This document shows positions 25,143-37,523 of a stretch of 64,000 bases of DNA, piece by piece; position 1 is the first letter of the stretch; every line of letters begins with the position of its first letter. Under the pieces are notes generated by a model, which saw only the letters and a list, made by a program, of their open reading frames with translations, did no database searches and was not told the DNA's origin. A program made the position numbers and the translations under genes. Source of the DNA: Lingula anatina (Eukaryota; Animalia; Brachiopoda); contig CM120643.1 in the NCBI GenBank assembly GCA_051362555.1, forward strand, positions 19,782,848 to 19,846,847, given 5' to 3'.

Positions 25143-25499
25143 CAAATAGCGTACATTAAAGTGCTAATTCATAATTTTTGTTTACATATATCTCTGCTTC
25201 TCGAACATTTTTCTCTCCCACCACCTCCCTCTTGCACTGAAGGACATCGTTTCAGTTTATATTGATAAGTGTAGCATGAAGATATAATGTACACGCCAGT
25301 TATATCAGCAGTCTAAACCTCAACTCCAGCTCTCCCGCCAATTTATCGCCATAGCCATGTATAAAATCATAAAATTACATCAAAACGGGTTATCAATGTG
25401 CATGAAACGAGGCATCACGTCGCCCGTGAAACTTTGAACCCCCGAGGGTGCAAATGAGCAGTGGGCTCGTCATTTTTCTCACAAATCAATATTTATGAT

Positions 25500-25705
25500 T
25501 TGGACCTGCCCAGATCTGATTCAGTGATACTGTTGGTATATTTTTAAAAGTAGGGTGTAGGGGGAATGCCGACACCACTCAGGTAGGCGTTTGAAGTTGA
25601 TGAGTCGGTTGGGTTCCCTCGGAGGTGTCTGAAGGACCGAGTCCACAGGAACACCCTCACTGCTAAAGGCAGCAATCGCTCAAAAATCAGAGCTATAACA
25701 AATGA
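25500..25705 (+). mobile_element. Probable 5'-truncated SINE (GC-rich core)
   Basis: GC-rich island in AT-rich intergenic DNA; CCTCGGAG...AACACCCTCACTGCTAAAGGC resembles, from memory, the conserved core of invertebrate Meta-type SINEs; no tRNA head visible. Confidence 0.45.
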
Positions 25706-26868
25706 ATATTGTATCAAAGTCACAACTTCGCTCATAAAATTTAAGTGTGTGTTCAACACAACGGAATAGGCCTACTTTGGGCCACGTTTTTAAATAACGA
25801 TAAAATGATTGCAAGTAAAGGTATTGACATGTTGTTTATAGCACTAGATTTGCAAACTTTTGTAGTTTTCAGAAACATGTTTTATATATAGTATATAGAC
25901 AGAAAATAAATGACGATCACGTTTTTGGGTTACATTTATACTGGAACACCTCTACATATACGTGCACTTAACGCACCGCGATAGTTAATGCGCAGTGGAC
26001 ACAAAACAATTTGTTCAGCAGTCGACTTTATCAATTAATTTATCACACGGAAAATGTGTGGTTTTAGACTACATACAGACACAGCTCCTGATTTGCACCC
26101 ATAAGATTTTATTTTATAAAAATGTATGACATAGTTTTTACAGAGAATGCTTGGGAATATTTTTACTCTAATATATATATAGAATATAAAAACAATGTAC
26201 AATTTGTAGCAAGTAAAACATATCACAGTAAATATTCATTTAAGCAAGGTTTCCACCGTTTTGTGTATATTTAAGTGTATTTAAAATATATTCTGTCCAC
26301 AATGAAATACCTATAATTATATATAAAACCTATCCTTAAGGAAACAATGGTAGATACACAATTAAAATTACATCTTGGATAAATAATTGTTAAAAAAAAT
26401 ATCCAAAATGTTGGTCTTTCAGAACAAAACACCAACATTGTATCTGTTATTGTAAAAATATGTAATGGCTTCTTATTAAAACACTAATGATGACATCAAT
26501 AAGTACATAACATAATTCAAGAATCTATATTTTGGCAAGAGATTTTGGAAACTGTAAATATTATTATATCTATAGGAATGAGTAAAAAAAGCAGTGTTGA
26601 GCATAATTAGCATTGGAGCATATTAGTCCTGTCCTTCGGAGCTGAGCCCATATTGTAAATGGATATCTGACTTCTTGTTATTGTTCTTCTTATTCTTCAG
26701 GGAGTAAGCACATTTTGGGCTGAACCACAATCATAGGCAATGTCTATGAATGTATCATCATTCATTCTTCAATATGACAGATGGCCAGGGAGTCAGATAT
26801 GTAATATGTCCAGAAATGATAAGCTGAATGTACAAGGGCTGTGTATGTTGTCCACTTGCTACGTCAAA

Positions 26869-27806
26869 TTAGGTGGGCGTAAATCCCATCTGCATTTCAA
26901 AGTGTTTGAATACCTGGAATGGAAAACATTTTATCATTTTTTCACCATATACTTCAAAGTATATAAACAATTTGTTGACCTGTTCATTCAACTGTATAGC
27001 TTCTTAATCCATTCCTTATCTTTAGCTTTCTGTATACAGAAAGAAAGTCCATTAATGAAACCTTATTACTTCGAATTTAACCCAAAATAAGTGAAATAAC
27101 ATTTTTCAGAAGTATTATTGCAAAAGAAGAAACCACATAAAAAACAATTATTATAAAAAAATAGACCCAGAAAATTTTGATAAAACCAAGTACAATAAGT
27201 GGACAGCTACTATAATACATTTATAAAAAATAAACAAAAAAATTGTATCATCTGTATCATCTGACCCAGACAACAAAAATCCCCATATAGCTATAATTAT
27301 AATCCATTAATAAATAATAAAATAAAGAAAAAGCCCACCTTGATTTCAGTGTCATCAGACCCTGAGAGCAAGAAGTCCCCATGTAGCGTTAGTGCATTGA
27401 CTGGACCCTCGTGGCGAGACAGGCTCATAATGGGGAGATTGTTCTCAAGATTCCAAACCTGAAGAATACATTAGGTGGTCACAGTCTCAGTAAATGCCTT
27501 TTGCCTTTATATCCATCTTTGTTTAGAAAACAAATTCTCTATAATGAATAATGCAGTTAAATTGGCTTTGGTGAAGCCAAAAGTAATGGTGTATTTCACC
27601 AGTAACCGCTCTAAACAAAGTTCTTTCGATTTATTAATTGAATACTTGTCACTGTTGTCTTAAGATACTTTGCAAATCAGAGTATCAAGGGACCTCACCA
27701 CTTTTTTCCTTCTATCAAATGTGGCAACTGTTACATACTTTGGATACATCTAGCTATACTAGATATCTTAGACACATCTAGGCCTATGTATAATATACTA
27801 GATATC

Positions 27807-27840
<34 letters not shown>

Positions 27841-30301
27841 ATTAAACAGATAGAGGAGTAATTAGTAAATATCTTGCTTTGGTAAGTCATTCAAATATCT
27901 CCAAGGCCACCTCTAGCAGTTATCAGCAAACTATATAAACAGTCAGTGAGCAAGCAAAAAATGATTATACAAATTTTCCCATCAAGAATACTAACAAAAC
28001 ACCCACATAACCTAGCTACAACACACATGAACTCACTTGAATTGTATGATCATCAGAGGCTGTGAAAAGAAAGCGGCCTGAGGGGGACACGACCAGCCCA
28101 CGCACACACCCAATGTGGCCTTTCAGAGATTGCATGTGTTCATAAGAATTAACATCAAACAGCTGTACGCAGCGATTGTATGTACCTGGATTCCGTAAAA
28201 AGAAAATGCTGAATCACCAGCAGTTTCTGTAGGAATTATATATATGTGCAATAAGGTAAGTATAAACAAACCTGAATGACGGCATCACCTGATCCTGAGA
28301 ACAGAAATCGACCAGAAGAGGCCGCCACCAGGCTCCCAACAACACCAACATGGCCGAACAGAGTGTTTACATGTAGATGTGTAAAGACATCAAACAGCCG
28401 AATGTTTTGATTATATGTGCCTAGCAACAGCAGAAAAGAAAACCAGGTCCGTAACTGGTTTATTCTAAATATTATTTTCTCAATATCCATTAGAAAAAAA
28501 TTCACATTTAAAAAAAAGGGATATCTGAAACAGCAAATTAAATTTAATTTTACTAAAAGATGTTAAAATTTAATTCAATGTCACTGAAAAAATTACATAA
28601 TATTGATGAAGTTCTTAAAAATCTACCTGCTATGATATATTGCTGAGTTACCACCAGTGAGTAAATGGATCCAAATTGGTGATCTATTTTCCCTTTAAGG
28701 TTAAATTTCCCTGTGCTATCCCATATCTCTATTGTATTGTGTGAGCCACTGTAGACTTTATCCTGAAATAAAAAGCATCTGTCTATAATTTTTGTACCTG
28801 TAAAAGGGTGTCAAACTTGTATCTATTACCAAAACAGTATTTTAGACCAGGTGAGCCAAATTGTGGCCTAAGTTTGGAATAACCAATCAGATAATCTATA
28901 TTATTACATAAAGCAGCCACAGAATTCAAACATTCACATGTATGTCATTGCTACACTTGCATTGCACACTTGGATACATCAGGCTGGCTTGACTGGTAGC
29001 AAGATCCATAAAAAAGCTTCTGTTGATCCTAGCTCTTAGGGGAAATTTTTACATTGCTCAGATCTATTCAATTCTTAATGATATAAAGAGAATGACAGTA
29101 GCCACATAGTCTACTTTCTGTTGAAAGGAGGTCAAAATTGGAGGATGGATCACATACTTAGATAATTTGGAAGACTGTCAGAAAATTTCTCTGGATCTGC
29201 CCCTGAAACTCCCACATATGAGGAAGGTCCTTAAACTAAGTTGATTGTTACCTTGGACTGTGACAGGGCCAGTGCTCTAACCCAGTGATATAAACCATCT
29301 ATGGAGTGTAAGGGACTCAGAGATGTGGCATCCCAAACCTGAAACAGGAGAACATTAGGTTGTACTATAATATAACTCTAAGACATGTCATGAAAAATCT
29401 CATTCCAAATTGCTGAAACCAAAGAATTTTATGTCCATTTTCTAATTGTTTGCATTTAATTAGAATCTCTAAAACTGAATAATGGAATTTAGTATGGTGA
29501 TTTCATGTTTTTGCAGCTTAAAAAGAAGATACAATATACTGGATCTAAACATACAGTACTCATAAATCACCATTTAATATTTTTTTGTTTATAAAGAGTG
29601 AAAACCCAGTCAATGCATTTTTGCATCTCAAAAAAAGATACAACATGCTGCATCTCGATGTACAGTACTTGTATACAACATTTAATATTGTTTGTTTATG
29701 AACACTGAACAGCAACTAAAACCTTCATAACTCTATTTATAAAAACTGGACAATTCTAAATCAAGTGAGGTTCTCATGAGATCAGTGTAGCATTCTTCTC
29801 AACAATGTTACAGTTTCCATACCTACCTTGATTGTGGCATAGGAAGATGTGAACAGATACTCCCCACAGCAAACCATGGCACATATCACATTTTCATGAG
29901 CACTCTAAAAACAACAAAGCATGAAAATGATAAATATATGTAGTAACTAAGATGCTGGTATGTAACACATTTTGTGAAAGTAACTTAATATGTACTGTAT
30001 TAGTATTATGTATTGTGCATACATGCAGAGAGTCATCAAATGGGCATTTTATAAATTAAATTAAAATGACCATTTGGCACATACTCAATACATTACCATC
30101 ACCATGGATTGAAGTCATGCACATCTTATAATAAATTTAAAAAGGAACCCCACAGTGATATATGTCTTTTATAAGGTCACCCAACAAACAGAATAATTTA
30201 CATTTACATTTTATCGAGTAACATAAGTTGTTTCAGTGACTGTTCACCATTGGCAACAGACATTTAAGATGTTGATTCCTTTCAAGAAGCTCCCTCCTTT
30301 T

Positions 30302-30345
<44 letters not shown>

Positions 30346-33300
30346 CTTTCCAAAAGACATGCAGTTACACACACACACATACACACACACTCACACATGC
30401 AAACACACTTGCAGACAGACACACCTGTGCTACTTGCTGTTCTTCAAGAGTTTCAATATTCCACCTCTTGATGGTAAAATCTGCTCCTGCACTGTATAAG
30501 CAGCCCTCCCCAACTGCTACAGTATGCACCTAGAAAAAGGAATAAAAACTACTCATTTGGTGTCAAGCAAATTTAGACATTAAAATATGAGTAAATCATG
30601 CAAATTTAATCTATTATGTGTCATTTTGCTGCAGTGCCTAATATTCATTAAAATAAAGTTTAAAAATTAATTAAAAGTTAGCAAACTGATGTGAATGTGT
30701 TTGCTAGATTTTGCCTAGATCCTTGAAACAGGTTGATTATTAATTTACAATATCCAAGTCATTGTAAACATTATAAAACTTTTTTGTCACTGTTCTAGTT
30801 CACAGCATGTACTAACATGTGTTGAAATAAATAAATTTTCATTAAAATAATAAGGAAATTGATATCTACTTTATTCTACTCTAATTTATCATATCAGTAT
30901 TAGGTCTAACAGACTGCAACTGTGCAAACTTAACTCATTCTTATCCTTACCGTATCAATATGAGCTTTCACAGACTGTATGCACCCCTTAGCCAGTGCAT
31001 GAAGGTTCCACACTTTGAGGAGTTTGTCTGCGCCACTGCTGAACAACTTGTTTCCATAACGTGCCATACAGTGTACCGCCCCTTGGTGACCTCTGAAATA
31101 AAGTTAACTACTTTTTTAAGGGCAAATTGATTTTCTTAAATTGGCAGCTAACACTGAAATTGTTCAGCTCCAATATTTTGATGTCTGTCAAGACCATCTT
31201 CATCAGTTGAGTAGCCTTTATTAAGGAGATACTGAAATTCTTCTCTGGATCTCTTTTTTTTCATTTTACATTTTCTAATCAATATTTGAAATTATTTACC
31301 ACAAAACAACATTATTTTGACACAAACAATCCTCTGTTTTTTGTGTGCAGATTACAATTATATTTTCTAGGAGCATTGTTATCAAATGAAAAAAAATGTT
31401 TCCAGTCTGACAAATTACCTCAAAGTCCCCATGCACTTGAAAGTGAAAGGCATGACCCACTTTTCATACTTGGGACTGCCCAAGGGACTGGACACAGGAC
31501 TCCCCAGTGACGAGGTGGACGTGGTCCGAGCCATCCCATACGAACCTTAAAATATCAGACTTCTGTTGTCAGGCATGTAAAAATCAAACCATATATCTTG
31601 TTATTAAACATGTTATAAATAGTTTTTATATGCTTCATGTCTGAGCGTACTGTAACATAAGATGTGATTAGTACTGAGAAACTTTGATAAATAGTGGAGT
31701 TAAGTAAAATACAGAAAAGCTGAAAGAACATTGGAAACAAGAGGAGGCTATTTAATTTGTAAATCTGACTGCATTCAGTGAGAGTCCCCATGGAGTTAAT
31801 GCACAATGGCTAGTACAATAGATTCATTGTGAACACACCAATGCAGACATAAGGGCACAATCACTTGGCTGTCTCACCTAACAAAATTTTATCCATGTAG
31901 ACAGGGATCAACTGGCTTCAGCCTAGCAAAGCTGGCATAATTAAAATGCATCAAAACTGGCTCAGAAGCCCAGTATAAACAAGCTTTCATACTGATTGAT
32001 AGAGCTGTTACCAAAAACTACTTGACAACTAGGAATTCTGACTGACAGAAATCACTGCATGAAATACTTCAACTGTGTTGATAATGTTACTTGTGGCCAA
32101 TGAAAATATGAAACACATGAAACATCAAAGCACATGAAACACAAAAGCTATATTTTTTTCAGTTGAAAACATGCTGAAGAAAAACCACTACATCTTACCC
32201 CTACTCCGCCGTTTCTCCATATTGGACATATTTGTCTGGGCATCATTCTTGGTATTGTTGGTTGCTGAGAGGGAGTCATACTTTTGCTGTAAGGATGCCA
32301 GAACACTAAAAATGGTAAAAGTAACAAATAAAAATTTACAAAAACCGAATACAATAAGTGAGAAGTATATTATTCCCTATCCGACCTGAACTGCTTAGAA
32401 AGTGTCCTTAAAATTCACCAAAAACAGTTGTAGGATTAAAGTCTACCAAGGATCACCACATACAGTAAGTGCAGGACTGATTTTTTCCTTTTTGTAATGG
32501 GCATGAGTTTATGATATCAAAATAACAATTTTGAACTCTGTATAAGTACCAAATGAATCACAGAATTATAAACATAAGTTCAATAGAAAGATCTATGAAT
32601 TTCGTTATAGATATTGTAAGGAGGTTGTGAATGTTGTCTCTTTACCTCAAACAATTTTCTATTTGTGAAGACATTGTTAATTTTTGATCCTCTAATGTCT
32701 TCACTCTACTTGTTAGCTCATTCACTGATTGCTTCAGTTTAAAATTTTCCTGTTTCAAATCTTCAAGCTTAAATAAATTGCATTAATTAAAATATGAAGG
32801 AATAAAAATAAACTATTATAACATAACTAACATTGATAAAATAAGTTAAACACAAAACACAATACATTTGTTAATATCTATAGAAGCTCACAACAACAAT
32901 CTGCCAAGAGAATATTTTAATTAGATAAATTGTTGACATGTTTCAATTGGTCCAAATTGACAATAGTTTAACACTTATTTTAATTAAAATTTATTAAATT
33001 GTAAAAAATCTCCATGTGCAATTCATTTAGAGTCATGTTTTATTATTCAACGGTAGTACTTTCTGAGGTCTCTGCTATCCTTTAAAGTAAACAATCAATT
33101 GAAAAATCACAATAAACCCTCTATTGTAACAATCAAATCTGATATTTTCAAGCACCTGTTTCGCTGAATTTGTATAAGAATGAAGACCCTGTAGAGCACG
33201 AAATCCACAAATCTTCAAATGGTCCAAGACACCGGATTTAGTTCCCGTAAAACTGCAACCTAGAAATAAACATCAAAAGTTAAAACCACTCAAAAAAGAT

Positions 33301-35342
33301 TTTGCATGTGACACTAGAAAAAAATCATGTTCACTCTTTAACATTTGTTTTCTCAGAGAACTTTTTAAAAACAATATAATTAACTTATCAATAATCATAA
33401 ATTAAATCTCTAAATAGGGTATCTATCATACTTATTTATGACATGTTTCTATTACACTGCCAGAATTGATCAAAATTCAAAATTCGCCCTTACCTTTTTT
33501 AGAAATACCTTAAAATTTCTTCATTTTCATCATCACTTAATAAAAATCCTTACCAAACATCTTAACACCAAGAGTGACAATTGACAGATTTTTTCACAAC
33601 AAGCTAAGAATGTTTCCACTTTGTAGACAAAATTTTAGGAAGCCCACCTTTATCTTTATGTGAACATTTATGATGACAGCATGACAATAAGTGGTGCTCT
33701 AGCTCTTTCCTACGCATTTTACCACAGAACTTCCCCTCACTGTTAGGGCAAGTGATCCAGGCATACTGACACCTCTCCTCATGGTGAAGTCTGTTACCTA
33801 GAACAAAGAAAGGTGGGACATAAATAATTACATAAAATAAGACTTACTTATTGAGTAAAAGAGAAAAGAAACAAAGAGGGAAATGTGTGTGTCCGTAGAG
33901 AGTATAAGCTTAACTTAAAATTAACCAGCAAATAAGATTTAAATTTCAAAATTCATCACTTTATTGAAACCAATAATTTTCTTTGTACTTAAGATCAAAA
34001 TAACTAAATTAAAACCTTTCAACACATTTACAATGCCATCAGTAAAGGATGCAGGCAAAAACACTTGCCAAACCTTTCTGTTTTGCCATTAAAATGTGCC
34101 TTCTTTAAACACTGAGGCAAACATTACCATGAACAACCTGGGCCTTGAATTAACGCAGCCACATCTCTTAGAGCACATTCAGAACAGCCGACTAACAGAT
34201 CCGCAGATCAAATATGGCAACCCACTAAAAAGTTTAGACACTGTATAGATTCCCCTCGGGAATTAAGGAACAAGCATTCAAATGGGTCAGCAACATTTGA
34301 TCTGTGGATCCATTACTCTGCTGCTCTGAATGCATTCTTATACACACCTAAATTGATTTTCTCTGGGCAGCCAGAAGGCTCCAGCACGAATTCATGCTCA
34401 TCTTCAGACCAAGTCAACCCATGGCGACAGTAGATCTCAAGATCCTCTATTTGGCCAAGGACAGCCCTGGATGGGACAAAAGGGTACTGATAACTTTCAG
34501 GGATATAAACAAAGTGCAGGTATGCTTACAAATAAAGTATGCATATGCATCTATTGCATGGAGACTCATTCGTTGCTGCTCCTACCAGTATTTAAAGCCT
34601 CAGATACACATGTATGAACTACATGTATATACATGTATTTGCATAATGTGTTCATTAGAACATAAAAACAGGTGGTTATGCATCTGGTATATATAATATA
34701 TTTATTTACAAGTATCTCAGGCAGTGCTTTGATTTGATGCAATGCATGAGATACAGGTACTGTACATGTACTAGCTGGTACTAGTATAAATAATATACTC
34801 ATTTTTCAAATTCATGTACATACAGGAAATGTCTCCCAGGTAATATTACATCATAAACCACTGATACACACAATGCTACTTACAAGTAGGTAAAGTACTG
34901 TATGTGCATGTACATGCACCTGTACTAGGCCGATACACATGTAAATGTATCGATCAGTACGTATGATTTGTAATAAGTAATCGAATATGCTACAGCCCTA
35001 AGCCCAAATAAAAAAGGACCATTCACATTCTCCCCTTCTCTTTTTTCCTTACCGGATCTACCAGCGGCACCCCATTCAAGAAAAACAGCGCAGATCTAAC
35101 TAGTAACTACTGTAAATGTAACTGACCCACCTGTTCGGCACCAACTCGGTGAACGTCCTCTCATCAATCGGGCATTTTGCTCCTGTTTCACCTCTCTGTA
35201 GACCCGAGATGCACGCCCTACAAAATGTATGCCCGCACACGACACTAATCACCGGGTCGGTAAACAATTTCTTACACAAGGGACAGAGTAAATGCGAGTT
35301 AATTGGCTGCGTGAACCTTGTTGGTGTTCTCTCTTCCGCCAT
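26869..35342 (-). CDS. TRAF7-like E3 ubiquitin ligase (RING, TRAF-type zinc fingers, coiled coil, WD40 propeller), 600 aa
   Basis: Exons 35342-35131, 34466-34348, 33797-33648, 33259-33156, 32767-32646, 32305-32199, 31545-31419, 31092-30951, 30529-30425, 29904-29827, 29338-29252, 28762-28627, [28420-28272 or 28185-28037], 27458-27339, 26913-26869 (1803 nt). C3HC4 RING CPLC...CGHTFCRAC...CPID; TRAF7-type FKCMGTLRGHQGAV, GLYHWVRAL, GSIYSL, GTYNQNI. Confidence 0.92.
28037..28185 (-). other. Mutually exclusive WD40 exon 13b of the TRAF7-like gene
   Basis: 149 nt, AG/GT-bounded, same phases as exon 13a; encodes GTYNRCVQLFDVNSYEHMQSLKGHIGCVRGLVVSPSGRFLFTASDDHTIQ. Confidence 0.85.
28272..28420 (-). 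other. Mutually exclusive WD40 exon 13a of the TRAF7-like gene
   Basis: 149 nt; encodes GTYNQNIRLFDVFTHLHVNTLFGHVGVVGSLVAASSGRFLFSGSGDAVIQ. Confidence 0.85.
34171..34337. mobile_element. Harbinger-like MITE, family B
   Basis: TTA flanks; GAGCACATTCAGA / TCTGAATGCATTC ends; inner GATCCGCAGATCAAAT / ATTTGATCTGTGGATC; about 10 nt from the exon 2 donor. Confidence 0.7.
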
Positions 35343-36742
35343 GACTGCGTAAGTAGGTCGCAGGTGTTGCCAAACTGCTGACCAATGGTAGGGCGAGAAA
35401 CTAGGTCAGACTTTGCGCCTTTCACTTCCTGGTTGTTTTTATCTCACCTGTGTGACTTTGTACAAACAGTCCTTCAATAGTGTCTAGTTTTTATCATGTT
35501 TATCCCCTTTCCCTGTGAAGAAGAAGGGAAAATTGTCATTATACTACCACTTACCCGTCCCTTTTTAAAGGAAATTCGCAATTTTATAGAGATTTATGCA
35601 CTGTGCTACAGTGCAATGTAGGCCTACTGGGTAGGCCTACTGCATGTCAAATTAATATTCCCATTCAACAAAATATAATGTTATTCTCTAAAATAACTTG
35701 TTGACACGAATTGTGAGAGTTGAATTATCAAGCCGAAAGCAGCCGTCGTTGAGTAGGTACATCACATTTTGGAGATTTGGTCATTTCTCGCATGTACCCT
35801 GTAGGCCCACATTCAAAATTCTAGTACATAATTTGTGCACAGAGTAACTACTACATGTAGTACTAGTACAATGTACATATCTTGGCTTTTTTTAGTCCCG
35901 AATGTTTCAATAAAATATGTCCCAGGGGCTGAGCTACTATAGTACTAGTATATATTGAATATCCCGATTTAAGTGACATTTGGTGATCGTTTTCTATAAC
36001 AATAGAATAAATTAGGGTAGGCCTATATTTACAAAATAATTTACTACAGAATGGTATGACAACAAGTACATTGTATCACCGTGAATCCAAGTACATGTAT
36101 AATCTACATGTACACACACTACAGAGACTACAGCAAACCTTTCTCGATCTTAAAGTCATATCTTAAAATCGTGATCAACTTTTGACATGAGAACTTTTTT
36201 AAACGGGACTCATACATACTGTACATGTATGACCCTCTGTGGATAAGTCTGTAGCCGTCTTTAGTTGTTGATTTGTTGTTTCTCAACATAAACTAACAGA
36301 AAACATTAGTTTGCTGATTAGTTGCATACACCTCTGGTACAATGGGGTTTTAAAGACGCAAGAAAGCTAGGGGGTATTTGACTAGTAAATAATGTTTTAT
36401 GCTCTTGAATTTTATTCTTTAAACTAGGACCCAAAATATGTATATTCGACCTTAGCTATGAATAATCGCCCTTCAGGCATTCAGGGAGACTTTTCTTTCC
36501 TTTTCTTATTTACGGGCTATATCAAGTAACATGATGAAAATCCACACGACACAGGTGTCAATAGAATCGAAAGAGGAAGTTTAAAAGATTTCTCGCCCCG
36601 GTTTTGCTTGTGTTTGCGTTTGCTTGACAGATTAACTTGAGGTGCTAAACACATCAGACGTGTCAAAAATTTTGAGAGACATTGAAAGGATACCAGATAA
36701 TTTTATTCAAGTAAAAATACGGAGAGACACGATCAAAAGAAG
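35343..36742. promoter_or_regulatory. Divergent (head-to-head) promoter region between the TRAF7-like gene and ML gene A
   Basis: TRAF7-like ATG at 35342 (minus); donor of ML-A non-coding exon AAG|GTGAGT at 36742, conserved in paralogue B at 41851; CCAAT (~35381) and ETS-like CACTTCCTGG (~35423). TSSs are not defined. Confidence 0.5.
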
Positions 36743-36994
36743 GTGAGTATATTATCATAAACTTGGCGCGGCACAATTTGTTTACAAATTTGAGGAAGCA
36801 GAGGTAGTCTTGTGTTGTTTAAAGAAGGGGTTTTCCTGAATCCTGATTTAGTAATTCTGTCTGGATTGCTCTTCTGGTAGCGTCTGGTGCAGCTCTAGGC
36901 CGGGTTTGTTTCCCATGGCTGGCATTCCAAAAAAGGGTAGGTCTACATATACCTGCTGTCCCGGTCTAGATGTAGGTCTGCATGTACCTGCTCA

Positions 36995-37281
36995 AGGTTC
37001 TGTCAAACCTAACATAAAAACGTGTGACCTCTGTTACACATGTACACACACAATTTGAACTTATGAAGTCACCCTGTTTCTAATGTATTCAATAAACGAT
37101 CGAAGATACAAGGAGCGTACGAAATAGTTTTTGAACATGTTCAAAACATTCCATCCGGGTATGCGATGGCACACAAACGTTTGCCTGCGTATACGATGTA
37201 AGTCTAACGAATCTGTTGCAATTGTCTACGTACAGTTTTTTTATCATACGTGAGTACTATACGCTAGGTGTGACAATGCCT
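36995..37281. mobile_element. Harbinger-like MITE
   Basis: TCA flanks on both sides; imperfect TIRs AGGTTCTGTCAAACCTA / TAGGTGTGACAATGCCT; absent from the ML-B first intron. Confidence 0.6.
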
Positions 37282-37287
37282 TCATCA

Positions 37288-37289
<2 letters not shown>

Positions 37290-37377
<88 letters not shown>
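37290..37377. repeat. (TA)n(GA)n compound microsatellite
   Basis: Direct reading. Confidence 0.95.
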
Positions 37378-37379
<2 letters not shown>

Positions 37380-37523
37380 GATAGCGGACAAATAAAGGGG
37401 GGGGGGTTAACACCTGGCCATGGCAGTGCTGGTATTTATGTGACATGAATAAGTTTGGAGTATATAATAAATTGTAGAAAAATAAATAAAATAGGAACGT
37501 GTGTATTATTCTGTTGACAGGCA

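Noticed and set aside
25590-25650. TTGATGAG as a hammerhead ribozyme core
   Set aside because: The core needs CUGANGA plus GAAA with flanking stems; neither is properly present.
32386-32406. Frame-preserving 21-nt microexon candidate in TRAF7-like intron 5
   Set aside because: Weak GTCGGA donor, and the flanking exons join in frame without it.
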